Below, in pieces: positions 60,268 through 64,000 of a stretch of 64,000 nucleotides of DNA. The stretch spans positions 16,685-80,684 of the forward strand of contig DAINCX010000003.1 of assembly GCA_036732165.1 (NCBI GenBank), in the 5' to 3' direction. The notes under the pieces were generated by a model. It had not been told where the DNA came from, did no database searches, and saw only the letters and a program-made list of their open reading frames with translations. Source of the stretch: Candidatus Dormiibacterota bacterium (GTDB lineage Bacteria; Chloroflexota; Dormibacteria; CF-121). A program made the position numbers and the translations under genes. The first letter of the stretch is position 1. Each line of letters opens with the position of its first letter.

Positions 60268-61698
60268 TTGGGAAGCGAACCGCGTCGGCGACGTGCCTCG
60301 GCCGCCGCCAGGCAGTTGCCCGTCCCTCGGCTACTCGGCACCGGCATCCTGGTTGCGATCGCGATCGTCCTGCTGGGCGCCGTGCTCCTTACGCTCCGGC
60401 TGTGGTCCGTGCTGCACGCGATCTCGCCCAGGGCGCAGCCACAGGACCTGATCACGTTGGTGCACGCGCAGTCCGATGAACCGGGGTCCCTGGGCTGGAA
60501 GATCAAGCACGACCAGCGCCTCAACATCCTCCTCGTGGGCTTCGGAGGTCCCGGCCACGACGGCCCCTACCTCACGGACTCGATCATGCTGCTCTCCATC
60601 CGGCCCGGGTCACGCGAGGCCGTGATGATCTCGTTGCCCCGGGACCTCTGGGTCACGATCCCGGCGCTCCCGCGCAGCGGATACCTCTTCGGGAAGCTGA
60701 ACAGCGCCTACGCGATCGGAACCGATCACGCCGGCTACCCGAACGTGCGCGCCGATTGGAAGACGGACACGGGCGGGGGCGACCTTGCCGCCGCGACCGT
60801 CTCCCAGATCACCGGCCAGCATGTCGACTACTGGGTGGGGGTCGATTTCAAGGCGTTTCGCGATGTCGTGAACGCGCTCGGTGGGGTTCGCGTCAACGTT
60901 CCCACCGCGCTCGATGATCCCTATTTCCCGCAAGGGGAGACGACGGGCATGATGCCTATCCACATCAATCCCGGGTGGCAACAGTTCGACGGGGAACGCG
61001 CTCTCGAGTACACGCGCTCCCGCGAAACCACCTCGGACTTCGACCGGTCCAAGCGCCAGCAGCTGGTCATGCTGGCGGTTCGGCAGCGGGCCATGTCCCT
61101 GAACGCGGTGCCGCGGGTGTTCAGCCTGCTGGGTGCGCTGCAGCGCAACGTGCGAACGAACCTCCGGCCCGCCGAGATGCGGCAGCTTGCCGACCTCGCC
61201 GGTCAGCTCAAGGACAAAGACATCCGCCATATCGGGGTCGATACGACCAACCTGTTGCGCAACACGGTCGGCGCGGGCGGCGAGTACATCCTGGTTCCGC
61301 TCGATCCGAGCTACGTGACGCTGCAGCAGTACCTGGCGGCGGCCCTCCCCGACCGGGCGGCGCTGGCCGAGCAGGTCCCGCTCACGGTGCAGGACGGAAG
61401 CGGGCGCTACTGGCTTCCGTACGGAACCGGGACTCCCGCCAGCATCGTGGCGGCGCTCTTCCACGATGCGGGATGGAACGCCACGGCACTCCCCCTGACC
61501 GGTCCCCGATTGGTCAGGACCGAGATCCGCGACGGCTCCGGGGGCAAGGGCGCCGCCACCATCGCCTGGTTGGAGGCGTACTTCCGCGTCCCCGTGGTCG
61601 TGGTCACGCCGCCACCGAGTGGTGCCGCGATCACGGTCGTCCTCGGATCGGACTTTACCCAGCGCGCCTTTCCCGCACCCGGCGCCCGCGCCGGCTGA
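60268..61698 (+). CDS. LCP (LytR-CpsA-Psr) family wall-polymer ligase with C-terminal LytR_C-like domain
   Basis: TM; LTDSIML, SLPRDLWV, ALEYTRSR, DFDRSKRQQ. Confidence 0.9.
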   Translation: MGSEPRRRRASAAARQLPVPRLLGTGILVAIAIVLLGAVLLTLRLWSVLHAISPRAQPQDLITLVHAQSDEPGSLGWKIKHDQRLNILLVGFGGPGHDGPYLTDSIMLLSIRPGSREAVMISLPRDLWVTIPALPRSGYLFGKLNSAYAIGTDHAGYPNVRADWKTDTGGGDLAAATVSQITGQHVDYWVGVDFKAFRDVVNALGGVRVNVPTALDDPYFPQGETTGMMPIHINPGWQQFDGERALEYTRSRETTSDFDRSKRQQLVMLAVRQRAMSLNAVPRVFSLLGALQRNVRTNLRPAEMRQLADLAGQLKDKDIRHIGVDTTNLLRNTVGAGGEYILVPLDPSYVTLQQYLAAALPDRAALAEQVPLTVQDGSGRYWLPYGTGTPASIVAALFHDAGWNATALPLTGPRLVRTEIRDGSGGKGAATIAWLEAYFRVPVVVVTPPPSGAAITVVLGSDFTQRAFPAPGARAG

Positions 61699-61718
61699 GC
61701 CGCTACGATGGACTCACG

Positions 61719-62681
61719 ATGAGTCTCGCCGGCGCCGTGCGGTCCGGCGACGTCCGGGCCTTGGCAAGGGCGATCAGCCTGGCCGAGGATCGCGACCCGC
61801 AGGCCACCGCCCTCGTGGCCGAGTTGCAACCCAGCACTGGCAACGCCCACCTGGTCGGCGTCACCGGTTCGCCGGGAACCGGGAAGAGCACGCTGGTCGA
61901 CGGCCTGGTCAAGGTGATCCGGGATGCCGGTCAGACGGTGGGCGTCATCGCGGTCGATCCGAGCAGTCCATTCACGGGGGGCGCGGTGCTGGGCGACCGA
62001 ATCCGGATGTCGCGTCATACCCTCGACAAGGGGGTCTTCATCCGGAGCATGGGTGCCCGCGGCCACCTCGGTGGCCTGGCGGCCGCGACCCGGGAGGCCA
62101 TCCACCTGCTGGACGCCTTCGGACGAGAGGTGGTGATCGTCGAGACGGTTGGGGTCGGGCAGTCAGAGCTGGAAATCTCGACCATCTGTGACACCGTCGT
62201 GCTGGTCATGATGCCGGAGTCCGGGGATGCGGTGCAGAGCATCAAGGCGGGTATCCTCGAGATTGCGGACATCTTTGTCGTGAACAAGGCTGACCTGGCA
62301 GGGGCCGACAAAACCCGGCGCATGATCCAGGATGCGATGGCGCTCGGCCCGAAGCTCGCCTGGCAGCCACCGATCGTCCTCGCCTCGGCCGTCAAGGATG
62401 ATGGAATCGAGGGCGTCTGGGCCGCGATCATGAAGCACCGGGCCTTCCTGCGGGACAGCGGCACGTTCGAAAGCCGCCGCCTTCAGCGGGTGAAGCAGGA
62501 GGTGATCGCCCTGGTCGCGGAGCAGGCGCGCGACGAGGCCCGCCGGACCCTCGAGGGCGACACCGAGGTTGGACGCCGCCTGCGCGACAATCGGAATGGG
62601 AAACTGAACCCGTATGCCCTGGCCGCCGAGGTCATGGCGCAGCGGAGCAGCAGGGAGGGTGCCGATGGCACTTCGGAGTAA
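61719..62681 (+). CDS. meaB: methylmalonyl-CoA mutase-associated GTPase
   Basis: [45 protein letters not shown]. Confidence 0.93.
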   Translation: MSLAGAVRSGDVRALARAISLAEDRDPQATALVAELQPSTGNAHLVGVTGSPGTGKSTLVDGLVKVIRDAGQTVGVIAVDPSSPFTGGAVLGDRIRMSRHTLDKGVFIRSMGARGHLGGLAAATREAIHLLDAFGREVVIVETVGVGQSELEISTICDTVVLVMMPESGDAVQSIKAGILEIADIFVVNKADLAGADKTRRMIQDAMALGPKLAWQPPIVLASAVKDDGIEGVWAAIMKHRAFLRDSGTFESRRLQRVKQEVIALVAEQARDEARRTLEGDTEVGRRLRDNRNGKLNPYALAAEVMAQRSSREGADGTSE

Positions 62682-64000
62682 GACGGCGCGCGAGGAGTGG
62701 GCGACCCGGTACCACAGCGGGAAGCGCTCCCGGGACGGGGCGGCCACGCTCTCGGGCGTGCCGATCGAACCCCTCTACACGCCGGACGACCTCGCCGGGT
62801 GGGACTATGACGAGAAACTGGGCTATCCGGGCGAATTCCCCTACACGCGCGGCGTCTACCCGTCGATGTACCGCGGGCAGCTCTGGACCATTCGCCAGTT
62901 TGCCGGGTACGGTACGGCGGAGGAAACCAACAAGCGCTACAAGTTCTTGCTCTCGCAGGGCCAGGCCGGCCTTTCCGTGGCGTTCGACATGCCCACCCTG
63001 ATGGGCTACGACTCGGACGACCCGCTGAGCCGAGGCGAGGTCGGGCATTGCGGCGTGGCGATCGACTCCCTCGCGGACATGGAGACGCTCTTCGATGGGA
63101 TCCGCCTGGACGGCATCACGACCTCGATGACGATCAACTCCCCGGCGGCCATCCTGTACGCGATGTATATCGCCGTCGGAGAGAAGGAGGGCGTGTCCCT
63201 CGGCCAGCTGGGCGGCACCTTGCAGAACGACATCCTGAAGGAGTACATCGCCCAGAAGGAGTACATCTTCCCGCCGGCGCCGTCGATGCGGCTCGTGGTG
63301 GACACGATCGTCTTTGCCGCGCAACAGATGCCTCGCTGGAACGCCGTCTCGATCTCCGGGTATCACATCCGCGAGGCCGGTTCGACGGCCGTGCAGGAAC
63401 TCGCCTTTACCCTTGCCGACGGGATGGCCTACGTGGAGGCGACCATCCGGGCGGGCCTCGACGTCGACGACTTCGCCCCCCGGCTGTCCTTCTTCTTTGA
63501 CTCCCACATCGACTTCTTTGAAGAGATCGCCAAGTTCCGCGCCGCCCGCCGCCTCTGGGCCCACCTGATGCGCGACAAGTACGGAGCCAAGGACCCGCGG
63601 TCGTGGATGCTGCGGTTCCACACCCAGACGGCCGGCGTGTCCCTCACCGGCCAGCAGGTCGAAAACAATGTCAGCCGAACCGCCTACGAGGCGATGGCCG
63701 CCGTCCTCGGGGGGACGAACTCGCTGCATACGAACTCGATGGACGAGGTGCTCGCGCTCCCCACCGAGCGGGCCGCCCAGATCGCCCTCCGGACCCAGCA
63801 GATCCTGGCGCACGAAACCGGCGTCGCCAACACGATCGACCCCCTGGCCGGTGCGTACTTTATCGAGAGCCTGACGGACGGGATGGAGCGCGGCGCCAAG
63901 CGGTACTTCGACCGGATCGACGAGCAGGGCGGCGTCCTCGCCTGCATCGACAATGGCTTCTTCCAGCGGGAGATCGCCGACGCCGCCTTCGACTTCGAGC
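62665..64000 (+). CDS. icmA: isobutyryl-CoA-mutase-type B12 mutase large subunit (3' end outside window; not in ORF track)
   Basis: ATG 62665 after GGAGGG; [14 protein letters not shown] (Phe), [14 protein letters not shown] (Gln), VSISGYH, RFHTQT; frame open to the window end. Confidence 0.82.
   Translation, partial: MALRSKTAREEWATRYHSGKRSRDGAATLSGVPIEPLYTPDDLAGWDYDEKLGYPGEFPYTRGVYPSMYRGQLWTIRQFAGYGTAEETNKRYKFLLSQGQAGLSVAFDMPTLMGYDSDDPLSRGEVGHCGVAIDSLADMETLFDGIRLDGITTSMTINSPAAILYAMYIAVGEKEGVSLGQLGGTLQNDILKEYIAQKEYIFPPAPSMRLVVDTIVFAAQQMPRWNAVSISGYHIREAGSTAVQELAFTLADGMAYVEATIRAGLDVDDFAPRLSFFFDSHIDFFEEIAKFRAARRLWAHLMRDKYGAKDPRSWMLRFHTQTAGVSLTGQQVENNVSRTAYEAMAAVLGGTNSLHTNSMDEVLALPTERAAQIALRTQQILAHETGVANTIDPLAGAYFIESLTDGMERGAKRYFDRIDEQGGVLACIDNGFFQREIADAAFDFE

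Noticed and set aside
60975-61718. Long N-terminal extension of meaB in the ORF track
   Set aside because: Overlaps the LCP gene out of frame; the MeaB family start fits ATG 61719

Overview
A 64-kb, high-GC, gene-dense bacterial chromosomal segment. Gene content and style suggest a Terrabacteria soil lineage such as Ca. Dormibacterota or Chloroflexota; this is inference only. I found no rRNA, tRNA, CRISPR array, integrase or transposase. In order, it holds: the end of a folate-dependent histidine utilisation operon (hutI, split ftcD); an ECF sigma/anti-sigma pair with a shared promoter motif; class II ribonucleotide reductase nrdJ with tandem NrdR-like boxes; a densely base-paired ~450-nt region ending in a 23-aa Lys-rich micro-ORF; tdh-kbl; a second ECF sigma; galU; an orphan MASE4-GAF histidine kinase; PolX-PHP; and a GAF-PAS-PAS-GGDEF-EAL protein. 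Next is a ~15-kb two-armed catabolic cluster of unknown substrate, tied together by two near-identical LacI operators. It encodes a Liv-type ABC importer, an FAD oxidoreductase, a DHPON-type hydrolase, a beta-hydroxyacid dehydrogenase, an atypical M24 hydrolase, E1 alpha/beta without E2, an SSADH and an MFS transporter. After that come coaE, a FadF-like Fe-S oxidoreductase, an ABC exporter preceded by a uORF and terminator, and a CHAP hydrolase with a 23-bp tandem repeat in its leader. The window ends in a large acyl-CoA/B12 region: mce, a methylmalonyl-CoA mutase large subunit, two carboxyltransferases, sucCD, thiolase, two ACADs, hbd, meaB and an isobutyryl-CoA-mutase-type large subunit. Apparent CTG starts and leaderless promoters recur. 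All assignments come from motif recognition by eye, with no database searches.
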